Part shown: positions 1-12,510 of the stretch, piece by piece
Position numbering within the stretch: position 1 is the first letter of the stretch
Layout of the letters: every line of letters starts with the position of its first letter
NCBI GenBank assembly: GCA_002269645.1
Contig: NIVC01000192.1
Coordinates: 1 to 64,000, forward strand
Source of the DNA: Macrostomum lignano
Lineage: Eukaryota
Direction of reading: 5' to 3'
Length of the DNA stretch: 64,000 nt
The notes under the pieces: model-generated
What the model was told of the DNA's origin: nothing
Database searches by the model: none
Seen by the model: the letters and a program-made list of their open reading frames with translations, nothing else
Position numbers and translations under genes: made by a program

Positions 1-2160
1 AATAGGCCTGGCTGCAATGTCCCAAATAAATGCCCAACAATTATAGCCTGACTAGGCTGGCTGTGTTTACTATTCAGCGTTTGTACTGTGTCCCAACAAT
101 GCACTGAGATTGTTATTGCTTTTGAATTGTGCTCTACCAATAAACAAGTACTCTGGTGTACAATACTTCTACAGCAGATAATACTCACCCAAAACAGATC
201 GTCTCTTTCTCTTTAATCCTGTGCCGGACGGGTTTTCTTCAGATCCACCAGAAAATTCACAAATAGAGACTGACTGCCTGCACGGATAGCGGCTGCTGCT
301 GCTGCGGCTTGTGAGCAGCAAGTGAACCAAATGACGGATGCAGCGGCGAGATCAGAATGCTCGCTGCTGATCGTTAAAGCGCATTCTTGTCTCTTAGGCA
401 TGTCGCTGGCGTGCTGACTTCAGAATCTGCGAGGAAAAGAAATCAATTAAGATAGGCTTGCTTTAGTAATCATTAATAGGCTATAAAGGAACCCTTTAAT
501 AGAACGTGTTCAACTAATGCTGGGTCTGTTTTGAAAAGTCAGAACTCAGAAGTAGTCGCGATTAGAATCAGTATTGTCCAATAAGTGCGACCCAACAAAT
601 GCTGTTCAAAAAATAGCCTGGCTGCAATGTCCCAATAAATGCCCAACAAATTACTAGCCTTGAGCTAGGCTGGGCTGTGTTTACTATTCAATGCGTTTGT
701 AGCTTGTGTCCCAACAATGCCACTGAGATTGTTGCATTGCTTTTGAATTGTGCTCTACCAAGTAACACAAGTACTCTGGTGTACAATACTTCTACAGCAG
801 ATAATACTCACCCAAAACAGATCGTCTCTTTCTCTTTAATCCTGTGCCGGACGGGTTTTCTTCAGATCCACCAGAAAATTCACAAAGAGACTGACTGCCT
901 GCACGGATAGCGGCTGCTGCTGCTGCGGCTTGTGAGCAGCAAGTGAACCAAATGACGGATGCAGCGGCGAGATCAGAATGCTCGCTGCTGATCGTTAAAG
1001 CGCATTCTTGTCTCTTAGGCATGTCGCTGGCGTGGCTGACTTCAGAATCTGCGAGGAAAAGAAATCAATTAAGATAGGCTTGCCTTTAGTAATCATTAAT
1101 AGGCTATAAAGGAACCCTTTAATAGAACGTGTTCAACTAATGCTGGGTCTGTTTTGAAAAGTCAGAACTCAGAAGTAGTCGCGATTAGAATCAGTATTGT
1201 CCCAATAAGTGCGACCCAACAAATGCTGTTCAAAAAATAGGCCTGGCTGCAATGTCCCAATAAATGCCCAACAAATTACTAGCCTTGAGCTAGGCTGGGC
1301 TGTGTTTACTATTCATGCGTTTGTAGCTTGTGTCCCAACAATGCCACTGAGATTGTTGCATTGCTTTTGAATTGTGCTCTACCAAGTAACACAAGTACTC
1401 TGGTGTACAATACTTCTACAGCAGATAATACTCACCCAAAACAGATCGTCTCTTTCTCTTTAATCCTGTGCCGGACGGGTTTTCTTCAGATCCACCAGAA
1501 AATTCACAAATAGACTGACTGCCTGCACGGATAGCGGCTGCTGCTGCTGCGGCTTGTGAGCAGCAAGTGAACCAAATGACGGATGCAGCGGCGAGATCAG
1601 AATGCTCGCTGCTGATCGTTAAAGCGCATTCTTGTCTCTTAGGCATGTCGCTGGCGTGGCTGACTTCAGAATCTGCGAGGAAAAGAAATCAATTAAGATA
1701 GGCTTGCCTTTAGTAATCATTAATAGGCTATAAAGGAACCCTTTAATAGAACGTGTTCAACTAATGCTGGGTCTGTTTTGAAAAGTCAGAACTCAGAAGT
1801 AGTCGCGATTAGAATCAGTATTGTCCCAATAAGTGCGACCCAACAAATGCTGTTCAAAAAATAGGCCTGGCTGCAATGTCCCAATAAATGCCCAACAAAT
1901 TACTAGCCTTGAGCTAGGCTGGGCTGTGTTTACTATTCAATGCGTTTGTAGCTTGTGTCCCAACAATGCCACTGAGATTGTTGCATTGCTTTTGAATTGT
2001 GCTCTACCAAGTAACACAAGTACTCTGGTGTACAATACTTCTACAGCAGATAATACTCACCCAAAACAGATCGTCTCTTTCTCTTTAATCCTGTGCCGGA
2101 CGGGTTTTCTTCAGATCCACCAGAAAATTCACAAATAGACTGACTGCCTGCACGGATAGC

Positions 2161-2196
<36 letters not shown>

Positions 2197-5100
2197 GCTT
2201 GTGAGCAGCAAGTGAACCAAATGACGGATGCAGCGGCGAGATCAGAATGCTCGCTGCTGATCGTTAAAGCGCATTCTTGTCTCTTAGGCATGTCGCTGGC
2301 GTGGCTGACTTCAGAATCTGCGAGGAAAAGAAATCAATTAAGATAGGCTTGCCTTTAGTAATCATTAATAGGCTATAAAGGAACCCTTTAATAGAACGTG
2401 TTCAACTAATGCTGGGTCTGTTTTGAAAAGTCAGAACTCAGAAGTAGTCGCGATTAGAATCAGTATTGTCCCAATAAGTGCGACCCAACAAATGCTGTTC
2501 AAAAAATAGGCCTGGCTGCAATGTCCCAATAAATGCCCAACAAATTACTAGCCTTGAGCTAGGCTGGGCTGTGTTTACTATTCAATGCGTTTGTAGCTTG
2601 TGTCCCAACAATGCCACTGAGATTGTTGCATTGCTTTTGAATTGTGCTCTACCAAGTAACACAAGTACTCTGGTGTACAATACTTCTACAGCAGATAATA
2701 CTCACCCAAAACAGATCGTCTCTTTCTCTTTAATCCTGTGCCGGACGGGTTTTCTTCAGATCCACCAGAAAATTCACAAATAGACTGACTGCCTGCACGG
2801 ATAGCGGCTGCTGCTGCTGCGGCTTGTGAGCAGCAAGTGAACCAAATGACGGATGCAGCGGCGAGATCAGAATGCTCGCTGCTGATCGTTAAAGCGCATT
2901 CTTGTCTCTTAGGCATGTCGCTGGCGTGGCTGACTTCAGAATCTGCGAGGAAAAGAAATCAATTAAGATAGGCTTGCTTTAGTAATCATTAATAGGCTAT
3001 AAAGGAACCCTTTAATAGAACGTGTTCAACTAATGCTGGGTCTGTTTTGAAAAGTCAGAACTCAGAAGTAGTCGCGATTAGAATCAGTATTGTCCCAATA
3101 AGTGCGACCCAACAAATGCTGTTCAAAAAATAGGCCTGGCTGCAATGTCCCAATAAATGCCCAACAAATTACTAGCCTTGAGCTAGGCTGGGCTGTGTTT
3201 ACTATTCAATGCGTTTGTAGCTTGTGTCCCAACAATGCCACTGAGATTGTTGCATTGCTTTTGAATTGTGCTCTACCAAGTAACACAAGTACTCTGGTGT
3301 ACAATACTTCTACAGCAGATAATACTCACCCAAAACAGATCGTCTCTTTCTCTTTAATCCTGTGCCGGACGGGTTTTCTTCAGATCCACCAGAAAATTCA
3401 CAAATAGACTGACTGCCTGCACGGATAGCGGCTGCTGCTGCTGCGGCTTGTGAGCAGCAAGTGAACCAAATGACGGATGCAGCGGCGAGATCAGAATGCT
3501 CGCTGCTGATCGTTAAAGCGCATTCTTGTCTCTTAGGCATGTCGCTGGCGTGGCTGACTTCAGAATCTGCGAGGAAAAGAAATCAATTAAGATAGGCTTG
3601 CCTTTAGTAATCATTAATAGGCTATAAAGGAACCCTTTAATAGAACGTGTTCAACTAATGCTGGGTCTGTTTTGAAAAGTCAGAACTCAGAAGTAGTCGC
3701 GATTAGAATCAGTATTGTCCCAATAAGTGCGACCCAACAAATGCTGTTCAAAAAATAGGCCTGGCTGCAATGTCCCAATAAATGCCCAACAAATTACTAG
3801 CCTTGAGCTAGGCTGGGCTGTGTTTACTATTCAATGCGTTTGTAGCTTGTGTCCCAACAATGCCACTGAGATTGTTGCATTGCTTTTGAATTGTGCTCTA
3901 CCAAGTAACACAAGTACTCTGGTGTACAATACTTCTACAGCAGATAATACTCACCCAAAACAGATCGTCTCTTTCTCTTTAATCCTGTGCCGGACGGGTT
4001 TTCTTCAGATCCACCAGAAAATTCACAAATAGACTGACTGCCTGCACGGATAGCGGCTGCTGCTGCTGCGGCTTGTGAGCAGCAAGTGAACCAAATGACG
4101 GATGCAGCGGCGAGATCAGAATGCTCGCTGCTGATCGTTAAAGCGCATTCTTGTCTCTTAGGCATGTCGCTGGCGTGGCTGACTTCAGAATCTGCGAGGA
4201 AAAGAAATCAATTAAGATAGGCTTGCCTTTAGTAATCATTAATAGGCTATAAAGGAACCCTTTAATAGAACGTGTTCAACTAATGCTGGGTCTGTTTTGA
4301 AAAGTCAGAACTCAGAAGTAGTCGCGATTAGAATCAGTATTGTCCCAATAAGTGCGACCCAACAAATGCTGTTCAAAAAATAGGCCTGGCTGCAATGTCC
4401 CAATAAATGCCCAACAAATTACTAGCCTTGAGCTAGGCTGGGCTGTGTTTACTATTCAATGCGTTTGTAGCTTGTGTCCCAACAATGCCACTGAGATTGT
4501 TGCATTGCTTTTGAATTGTGCTCTACCAAGTAACACAAGTACTCTGGTGTACAATACTTCTACAGCAGATAATACTCACCCAAAACAGATCGTCTCTTTC
4601 TCTTTAATCCTGTGCCGGACGGGTTTTCTTCAGATCCACCAGAAAATTCACAAATAGACTGACTGCCTGCACGGATAGCGGCTGCTGCTGCTGCGGCTTG
4701 TGAGCAGCAAGTGAACCAAATGACGGATGCAGCGGCGAGATCAGAATGCTCGCTGCTGATCGTTAAAGCGCATTCTTGTCTCTTAGGCATGTCGCTGGCG
4801 TGGCTGACTTCAGAATCTGCGAGGAAAAGAAATCAATTAAGATAGGCTTGCCTTTAGTAATCATTAATAGGCTATAAAGGAACCCTTTAATAGAACGTGT
4901 TCAACTAATGCTGGGTCTGTTTTGAAAAGTCAGAACTCAGAAGTAGTCGCGATTAGAATCAGTATTGTCCCAATAAGTGCGACCCAACAAATGCTGTTCA
5001 AAAAATAGGCCTGGCTGCAATGTCCCAATAAATGCCCAACAAATTACTAGCCTTGAGCTAGGCTGGGCTGTGTTTACTATTCAATGCGTTTGTAGCTTGT

Positions 5101-5358
5101 GTCCCAACAATGCCACTGAGATTGTTGCATTGCTTTTGAATTGTGCTCTACCAAGTAACACAAGTACTCTGGTGTACAATACTTCTACAGCAGATAATAC
5201 TCACCCAAAACAGATCGTCTCTTTCTCTTTAATCCTGTGCCGGACGGGTTTTCTTCAGATCCACCAGAAAATTCACAAATAGACTGACTGCCTGCACGGA
5301 TAGCGGCTGCTGCTGCTGCGGCTTGTGAGCAGCAAGTGAACCAAATGACGGATGCAGC
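1..5358. repeat. Tandem array of ~625-bp units (about 8.5 copies, open at the window edge), each containing a (CTG)n tract
   Basis: Identical landmarks recur at 2478/3102/3727/4352/4977 (period 624-625). Copies 1-4 carry scattered 1-bp indels. The array ends at ~5358 within a unit. Confidence 0.97.
812..4816 (-). other. Putative tandemly repeated symmetric exon (237 nt, phase 1-1), one per 625-bp unit
   Basis: Minus strand: acceptor TTAATTGATTTCTTTTCCTCGCAG|ATTCTG and donor TTTTGG|GTGAGT. Intact copies at 812-1048, 1436-1672, 2706-2942, 3330-3566, 3955-4191, 4580-4816. One frame is open across the exon (SEVSHASDMPKRQ...GLKRKRRSVL); the other two have stops. Confidence 0.5.
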
Positions 5359-7147
5359 GTTGTAAATGCAGGATGCAGGATGATTGGCTGTTGTAAATTA
5401 ATTGATAAATAAGGTGATCGTGCCGCCTCTTTTATATTTCACTGAGCTCAGAGTATTACTAGGCTGCTTATTATTTTTTTCAACGTACAAAAAATACGAC
5501 ATATACGAGTACGAGACAAGACTTACTTGACAATGAAGGCAAATCTGTTTGTTATAGAAGAAAACGGTAGCTTATCGATATCAACGTATCTGGAATTTTA
5601 GAAAAGTACATATGTAAATTCCAGTTAAGTTTTTATTTAATCATAAAATTTTAAAAAGAATTTTAAATTCTACTTACATATGTGTAATGGTTCCTAGCCA
5701 AGTCTTTTCATGCCAGGTCATGCATGGAAACTCTTGTGACGTGGCACATTTTGTCTGTGTAGTGCAGGTCTCGTAAATGAATTATATTCGCTTGAACATA
5801 TGCAGTACCGCCAGTACGCCGTTTGTCAAAGGGAACTTCTACATGTACCTTTCCGTTAGAATTGGCTCTTCCTCTTGTAGGCCTCAACTTCAGTGTAAAC
5901 TTTATCCCGACTCCCTTGCGCCCGCCTCTCCTCCCCGCTTCCCCCCGCCGCGATAGGAATGTACGCGTGGCCTGGGTAAGGGATTGCCTGGGTCTTGTAC
6001 ACGCTTGTCCTAACACTTCTGCACTGTACGTGGGTTTATCTTTACGATCCAAGATAAGCAGAATTGTTTTCCAGGAAGGCCTAGTAGTTAGTTTTGGGCC
6101 AAACTAGTCATCGATTTCGACTTTACAGTGACAGTGACACGCAAACATGTGCTAGCAGTCCATGCAGTCATCTTAAGTTTCTTGGTATCTCAGTACATTT
6201 CAGTATACCAGACGATAATTATCATAATTCTAGGAAAAATTTTTCTACATAGTATAGCTGCCCAAACCCAGGCCAATAAGGAAGTCATTTAAAGCCTTAG
6301 AGATTAAACGTTTCCCTCTAATACTCGTCCTCGGTTTTCTCGGGAAATGCAAAGTTTTTCTTTGCCCTTTATTTCTTTGCTCTAAAAGCGCTTCATAAGA
6401 CTGTGAGAATTTCCACCGGAAAACTACCTCACTCAAAGTGTCACTTTACGTTAATGGCCTCCAGTCACTAACTTGAGTCAGTTAATACCCATTCACATAT
6501 GACAAATAGATTAATGCAGCTGACTGAAAACGAGAATTTCAGTTAAAATGGCCGAGGGCACAGGCGGATGTAACCTTAATTTGCCATGTTTCGTGTATAA
6601 GTGAAATTGGAAGCTAATGAATTTAGATGCTAGCTGTTTCTATGCAAAAATCTAAATATACTAAATCTATAAGGTTTGTATGCTTGATTGTAATATTCTA
6701 AATCTTTATTAAATTATTTCATATTTTATAGTAAACACGATGCCAAATGTCAGGATCCTTTCAAGTGTCGATTGGCAGCCCTGTGGAGAACCTCTATCTG
6801 TTACTTGTAGTAGACTTTCTTGATATTGTAAGAAATATTGTAATAAAACGAGAATTCCGATTTGAGACCCAATTGTTCTGTTGGATCAGACCATCAGTTC
6901 GCATAATTTTTTAAACTTCTTAGGACACTGCAAATCATTAGATTCCCCGTGTTTGATTAAAAATATGAAAAAATGACATTGATTTTTGAAAGGAGAATCG
7001 AAAGACGGTTCCAATGAATATTTTTTCATTTCAATAGAATTCATTTTTGGAAGTGTCGGGACGCACTTATTGGGCCTGGCCCAACACATTTTTGGTCCTA
7101 ATAGCACGGGTCAGTTTATACACGCTTGTCCCAAGAAATGCCTAATG

Positions 7148-7149
7148 CA

Positions 7150-7196
<47 letters not shown>

Positions 7197-7200
7197 ACAC
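7148..7200. repeat. (CA)n microsatellite
   Basis: About 26 CA units seen directly. Confidence 0.95.
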
Positions 7201-8637
7201 AGATATTCTGTTGGATTGCCCACTATTACCCCCTATAAACCAAACTTCAAAGTTTTGACTTTTGAACTTCATTATGTTTTCTAGTGATATCCTTGCAGTT
7301 TTAACCATAGGCCTAGACAATAGCTAAAAGACAGTTGTTGCTTCACTTTCTTATATATTTTGGTGCTATTTTAATTTCATGCTTTTCTAAAGGCTACAAA
7401 GGTTTCTACAACATACTATTATTGTTTTTTTTTGCTTCAAGTTTTTACTATTCCCTATTTTACTCAAACAAAAAATTAATTTAATGAATGAAAGAGGAAA
7501 ATAAAACTGCCAGATGAGATATCCTGATATACAATAGACCTAAGGTATTCATTATTTTTTAGTATTACATTAGTTTATATCCTGGTGAATAGGCTCTATA
7601 ACACAGTGGCACAAAAACCTAGTATAGTATATTATATAAACAAGGTCTCATACTTTTTATAGGCCTAGTATAAAACCTAGTGTATACCAATATATGATCC
7701 ATTATATGCACGGCCGCTGTGCACGCAAGCTCTTTGAACAAAAAATGCTAATAAAAGAAATTACATGGTATTTTTTTCTGCAAAAATATTGTCTCACTGA
7801 AAGTTTTTGTTTTGCAACAAATTGTGCATTTTTTATGTCTTGCACTTGCACCATATTATTGTGTTGAGTGTTTGATTTTTTTCCTTTGCCTACTGTTGCG
7901 CCAGAATGCGCCAGTGTAGCGAATTCATGTTAACTCCCATTTGCACCACAATTTTCTGTGAAATTGGCATCTTCCTGACTATGGTGACATGTCACACTGA
8001 CTACATAGGCCTATGACATGACAGACATATCTGAATCTGTGACCTTATAGAAGATAGAAAAGAAAGATCTGAAGATTCTAAACATAGGCCCTAAGCAAAA
8101 TATCAAACAATTTGCGTACAACTACAACACAAATAACATTGGAGAGCTAGGCCCTTCTTGAATTTCTTGCTTTAGCCTTAACTATAAGCCAAGTCAGATA
8201 GTGAGTTACAGAAAAATAGTTGGGGTTGGGTGATATTCTTATCGAGAGTTACGTAGGTGGTTTTTCCAAGTGGGGTTCCAAGTGTACGAAATACGAGGAA
8301 TGCCTTTAGTAAAACAAAATCTAGATTATTTCTTAAAAACAACTGAAAGAATTTATGCGTTTAGACAAATAATTATATATATTTAGAGTCCAAACATTTA
8401 GACTCTAAACATTTAGAGTCCAAAACTCTAACATGCAACCAGTGCGAGGTGCCTTTTACACAGGGTCTGTTAAAGGTTTCAAATTCATTCATCCTCATTC
8501 AATACTCTTTTTTTAATTCCTTACTTATTAATTCTTGCTTCGTTTTTCGTTAAAGCTCGTTAGAAGTTTCGTAGAAAAACTGAGGCGCTCTTTCAAATAC
8601 TATATTATTGCAAAACTGCACATAGTCAGAACAGTTT

Positions 8638-9172
8638 AGGCTGTGCTCATCTCCACGGTACCGTAGGAATAATTTCTGTCTTATTCCAACGGTACCGTGG
8701 GAATAATTTTCTGCTTATCCGCACGGCACGTCGGCACACTGACGAGATAGCTACCATATCTTCTGCATATGCTGTATGTGAATAGTTTACACATACACAT
8801 AGTTATACACATACACATAGTTACACATAGTTTATAGCTTTTTGAAAGGGAATTTGAATTGAGGATACTAAGAAGCTGTTGATCTGGATCAACACTACGA
8901 CCAGCGTTTTTTGCATAAAAGGCCATTAAATCTTTACTTCTATTAAACAAATTGTCATGTCAAGCAAAGTTATGTTGTTATACTGCACTTAAACCGTAGG
9001 CGTAGTACTAAAGTAAATTATTCCCTTGGGCATATGTAGGTAGAAAATGGGCCAGCTAGGCCCTATCTCATCAGTGTGCCATGCAGATAGGTCTAAGCAG
9101 AAAATTATTCCCATGGTACCGTTAGAATAAGACAGAAATTATTCTTATGGTACTGTGGGGATAAGCACTGCC
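8638..9172. mobile_element. hAT-like MITE with long (~120 bp) imperfect terminal inverted repeats
   Basis: 8641-8750 is the imperfect reverse complement of 9061-9170. 8-bp direct repeat AACAGTTT at 8630-8637 and 9173-9180. Confidence 0.75.
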
Positions 9173-9861
9173 AACAGTTTATGCATAAGGTTTTCCATCA
9201 ACTTTTGAATTTTTAATAAATACACTGACGTCTAGCCAAACAGGCTCCCTGCCTGAGCCAACTTAATTACTTACTATCTCTGGCTCTGATCTCATTAAGA
9301 TTAACTTAACTTATATTCTAATTATTCTATGACTATGTAATTGTAACATTCATTGTATGCCAGCATTACAGCATATTGTATGTCAAAATGAATGAACTAA
9401 GTGGACATTTACAGCTAGTAGTAATGTTTTATCGTTTTGCATAGGGGATCTATGCCAATCATTGTCAAGTGTCAACCTCAGTAAAATGAATTAATGCCTA
9501 ATAAGAATGGTTGCCTTTTCTTCGTTTTCTATAACTAGACTAGGTAGTAAGTAAGCTAGGGGCCTGGGCCTATTTTATTTAACTAAAGTTTTCTTTTGAC
9601 TCCATTGTCACAGTGTCACATTAAGCTAGTGAGCTAGGCTTAATTAAATAACTTAGGGGCTATAAAATATTGTTCCTTATTTTCAATTTTTTGAACCTAG
9701 AACTTGATACATAAAGATTTGGCATTATTTTGTTAGATGATCCCCAAGCAGGTCAAGTTTCAATTTATGATCTCCATAAATTTTTTTCTAGAAGCACTAT
9801 AGTATATTAAATAATTGCATTAAAAAAATTTTTTTCATAGCATTTTATTTTTAGGCCTACT

Positions 9862-10885
9862 CATATATGCTTAACACCTATCTGAACTGGACAGGTAAAA
9901 TGGCCGCCGGCCAAGGTAAGTTGCAAAATCAAAAGTGGGAAAACAAAAAAATTAAGGGAAGAAAAAAAGGAGAGGAAGAGAAAAGGAAAAGAAAGGAGGA
10001 AGAAAATAGAGTAGAAAGAGGAGAGAGAAGGATAAAGAGAAGAAAATAGAACAGAAAAACTAAGTTGCAATCAGGAGGAACTAAGTTGCATTCGGGAGGA
10101 ACTAAGTCACAATTAGGAGGAACTAAGTTGCAATCAGGAGGAACTAAGTCGTATTCGAGAGGAACTAAGTCACAATTAGGAAGAACTAAGTTGCAATCAG
10201 GAGGAACTAAGTCACAATTGAGAGGAACTAAGTCGCAACCAAGAGGAACTAAGTCCAGTGGTGTGATTCAGGCGCAAATTCTGGGGGTCTGGCGCAAAAT
10301 TTTGTGGAACCATGGGCGCAAAAATTGCATTCTTATTTTCTGCTTTTTACACTTATTCTCTTGTCAGACAGTATGAAATACAAGAATGTCATAGCTTAGG
10401 AGATTAATCTAACAAACTGAGTTCAATCTTTATCATTTTACTTCATGTCTTAGTCAATGTCGTCAATCACCAACACAAGCAGTCGTCTGCCTGCAGACAT
10501 CGCCAACAAGAAATTCAGGCGGGACACGGCTAGGACTTGAGAGACATGCTAATTGGTAGCCAGACGCATAATCAAAAGTGTCATCAATTGACTTTTTTGG
10601 CTGTCAGTAGAATATTATTGGCATGGCACTAAAATTTTTAGTCCGTGTGAAATTTGGCAAACTCCAATCACACCACTGACTAAGTCCCAATTGGGAGGAA
10701 CTAAGTCGCAATTAGGAGAAACTAAGTTGCAATTAAGAGGAACTAAGTCACAATTAGGAGGAACTAAGTTGCAATCAAGAGGAACTAAGTCAATCGGGAG
10801 GAACTAAGTTGCAATCAGGAGGAACTAAGTCCCAATTAGGCAGAACTAAGTTGCAATCAAGAGAAACTAAGTCGCAATCAGGAGA
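9862..10885 (+). mobile_element. Truncated hAT-like MITE (same family as 24626-24948) with purine-rich tract and 21-bp AGGAACTAAG minisatellite
   Basis: 5' end CATATATGCTTAACACC...GAACTGGACAGGTAAAATGGCCGCCGGCCAAGGTAAGTTGCAAAATCAAAA matches the reverse complement of 24870-24948. 21-bp repeats at 10065-10255 and 10679-10885. No right TIR found. Confidence 0.7.
10256..10678. mobile_element. hAT-like MITE nested in the 21-bp minisatellite of another MITE
   Basis: Perfect 13-bp TIR CAGTGGTGTGATT / AATCACACCACTG. 8-bp TSD ACTAAGTC at 10248-10255 and 10679-10686. Confidence 0.9.
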
Positions 10886-10894
10886 TTTTTTGCC

Positions 10895-11092
10895 TGTCAT
10901 CTAGGCATTGTAGTAGTGTATCTAGATGTTGTATATATGGCAAATTTTCAAAGGCATGATACATAGAAGGCTCCAATTTGTGTGCAGCACAATGGTGTTA
11001 GAAGAAATTTTTTCTTGCCTGTGGTTTTAGCAAACTTGTAAGTCCAACTCAACTTCCTGTCATCACAGATGCTTTATCTGTTGTAATGCCCT
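10895..11092 (-). pseudogene. Fossil hAT-family (ZNF862/ZMYM-like) transposase fragment
   Basis: In-frame minus-strand translation GITTDKASVMTGS*VGLTSLLKPQARKNFF*HHCAAHKLEPSMYHAFENLPYIQHLDTLLQCL matches the hAT DGASVM and CxxHxLEL motifs, with two stops. May extend toward ~12000. Confidence 0.75.
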
Positions 11093-12059
11093 ATAGACTT
11101 GCAAAACAACTATCATAACTGTCACATCTTGAGTAAATAAATCTTTTAGCATATCATGCTTTGTCTTTTTTCTGTGACTGACAGTTGCTTAAATCTTTAG
11201 AAGTACATTATTGGTTTGCTCTTCTCAAGCATCCGGAAATATATCATTAGGTAACTATTTGTAACTGTTTGTATAACTATATATCTTTTTCTTGGAGGAC
11301 TCTCACTTCTTTGGCCATCAGTCTCAGTCTCCGAATCTGAGTCCAAATGAATTGCTGTATGTGGTCATTGGATCCACGCTTCAATATCAGCATCAGTTGA
11401 TGGGCAATATTCTATAGCAATATATTCAGCATGAGCATTGTGCCATCATAAAAATTCTGTCTCAAGACATCTAGTTTCTTCATTAATTTCAAAAACAGCT
11501 TCTATTTCAGCTGAATTATTTGAGAAGAGCAATATATGTGGGTTGTTGCATCTGCACCATGAATCTTAATTTTTGAATTCTGCACAGATAGATCTCTATT
11601 AGAAGCAACAACCTGTGGATTTTGCACCGCCATTAACAGTCCCTCTCTATGTGAGCTTGCTGAACATTGTGATGGTGGTGCTTCTAGTTCCCTTGAATGT
11701 GCTGTAGCTGCACATTACCTGATCCCCAGACTGCACTTAAGATTGCTAGTAAATTTTCTTCTAATATCCAATGCACACCAGAAAAATCATTACCTTCTCT
11801 AGGAGTTACATGACCAAGTTTCCATTGTGTAAGAGCAATGGCTTTTGCTCTTCAGCTGCAGAAAGAGGGGTACTGGTTGATAGATTAGTCTTCATGGCCT
11901 TTTTCATCCTATTCACATGCAGGATTCAGTAAACGAGAGCTAAGCAATAAGTTTCTGGGTGTGCATAGTTGAGGGGCAGCTGACAAAATCTGACACCATA
12001 GGTGTCAAGTACATTAGATAAGTACAATGTTTGTATACTTTCAATAAAAAATCAAGTCT

Positions 12060-12380
12060 TGTGCTATGCTTCCACACTGCATTTTCAATACTATGATGCA
12101 ATTCAATTTAGTATCAAAATTCAGTCAGTATACAGATGAGAATTAAAAAGCATTTTGTGATGCAATCTATTTCAGAATCAGAATTCAACCAGTCAGTTTT
12201 TTGCTAGCATTCTTACAATGCATTTTAAGTTTAAAGGGCTGCTTGACCTTTGTAAAAAACATGTTTTTCAAATATTTAATCCCTTTAGCATTGAGCAATT
12301 TCTTAGCCACATTGCATGTATTGTCACAGAAAAAATTCTGATTGAATGGTGCAAGTTCGAAAAAAAGGGTTGAGCCATTT
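12060..12380 (-). mobile_element. Inverted fragment of the Helitron-like core block
   Basis: Reverse complement of ~13745-14070; lies head-to-head with the copy starting ~12511. Confidence 0.8.
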
Positions 12381-12510
12381 TTTCTTTAATTGATCACATG
12401 GATAGACACAGAGAGACCATTTTTAGTATCTGGAGAAGATGGAGATGGGAGATGGAGACTAGTGTAAAAAATCACATGTGAGTATGTGATTTGGTATAAT
12501 TTGTTATATA

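Noticed and set aside
1833-2138. 101-aa plus-strand ORF repeated in each 625-bp unit
   Set aside because: GTG start, AT-rich, no motifs, and it lies antisense to the better-supported spliced exon.
1-5358. Array as a 5S rRNA, snRNA, SL-RNA or histone gene cluster
   Set aside because: No recognisable 5S, U-snRNA, known flatworm SL or histone sequence on either strand by eye; an Rfam scan would be the definitive test.
5708-6436. Two minus-strand ORFs as possible transposase remnants
   Set aside because: No diagnostic motif or terminal repeats could be identified.
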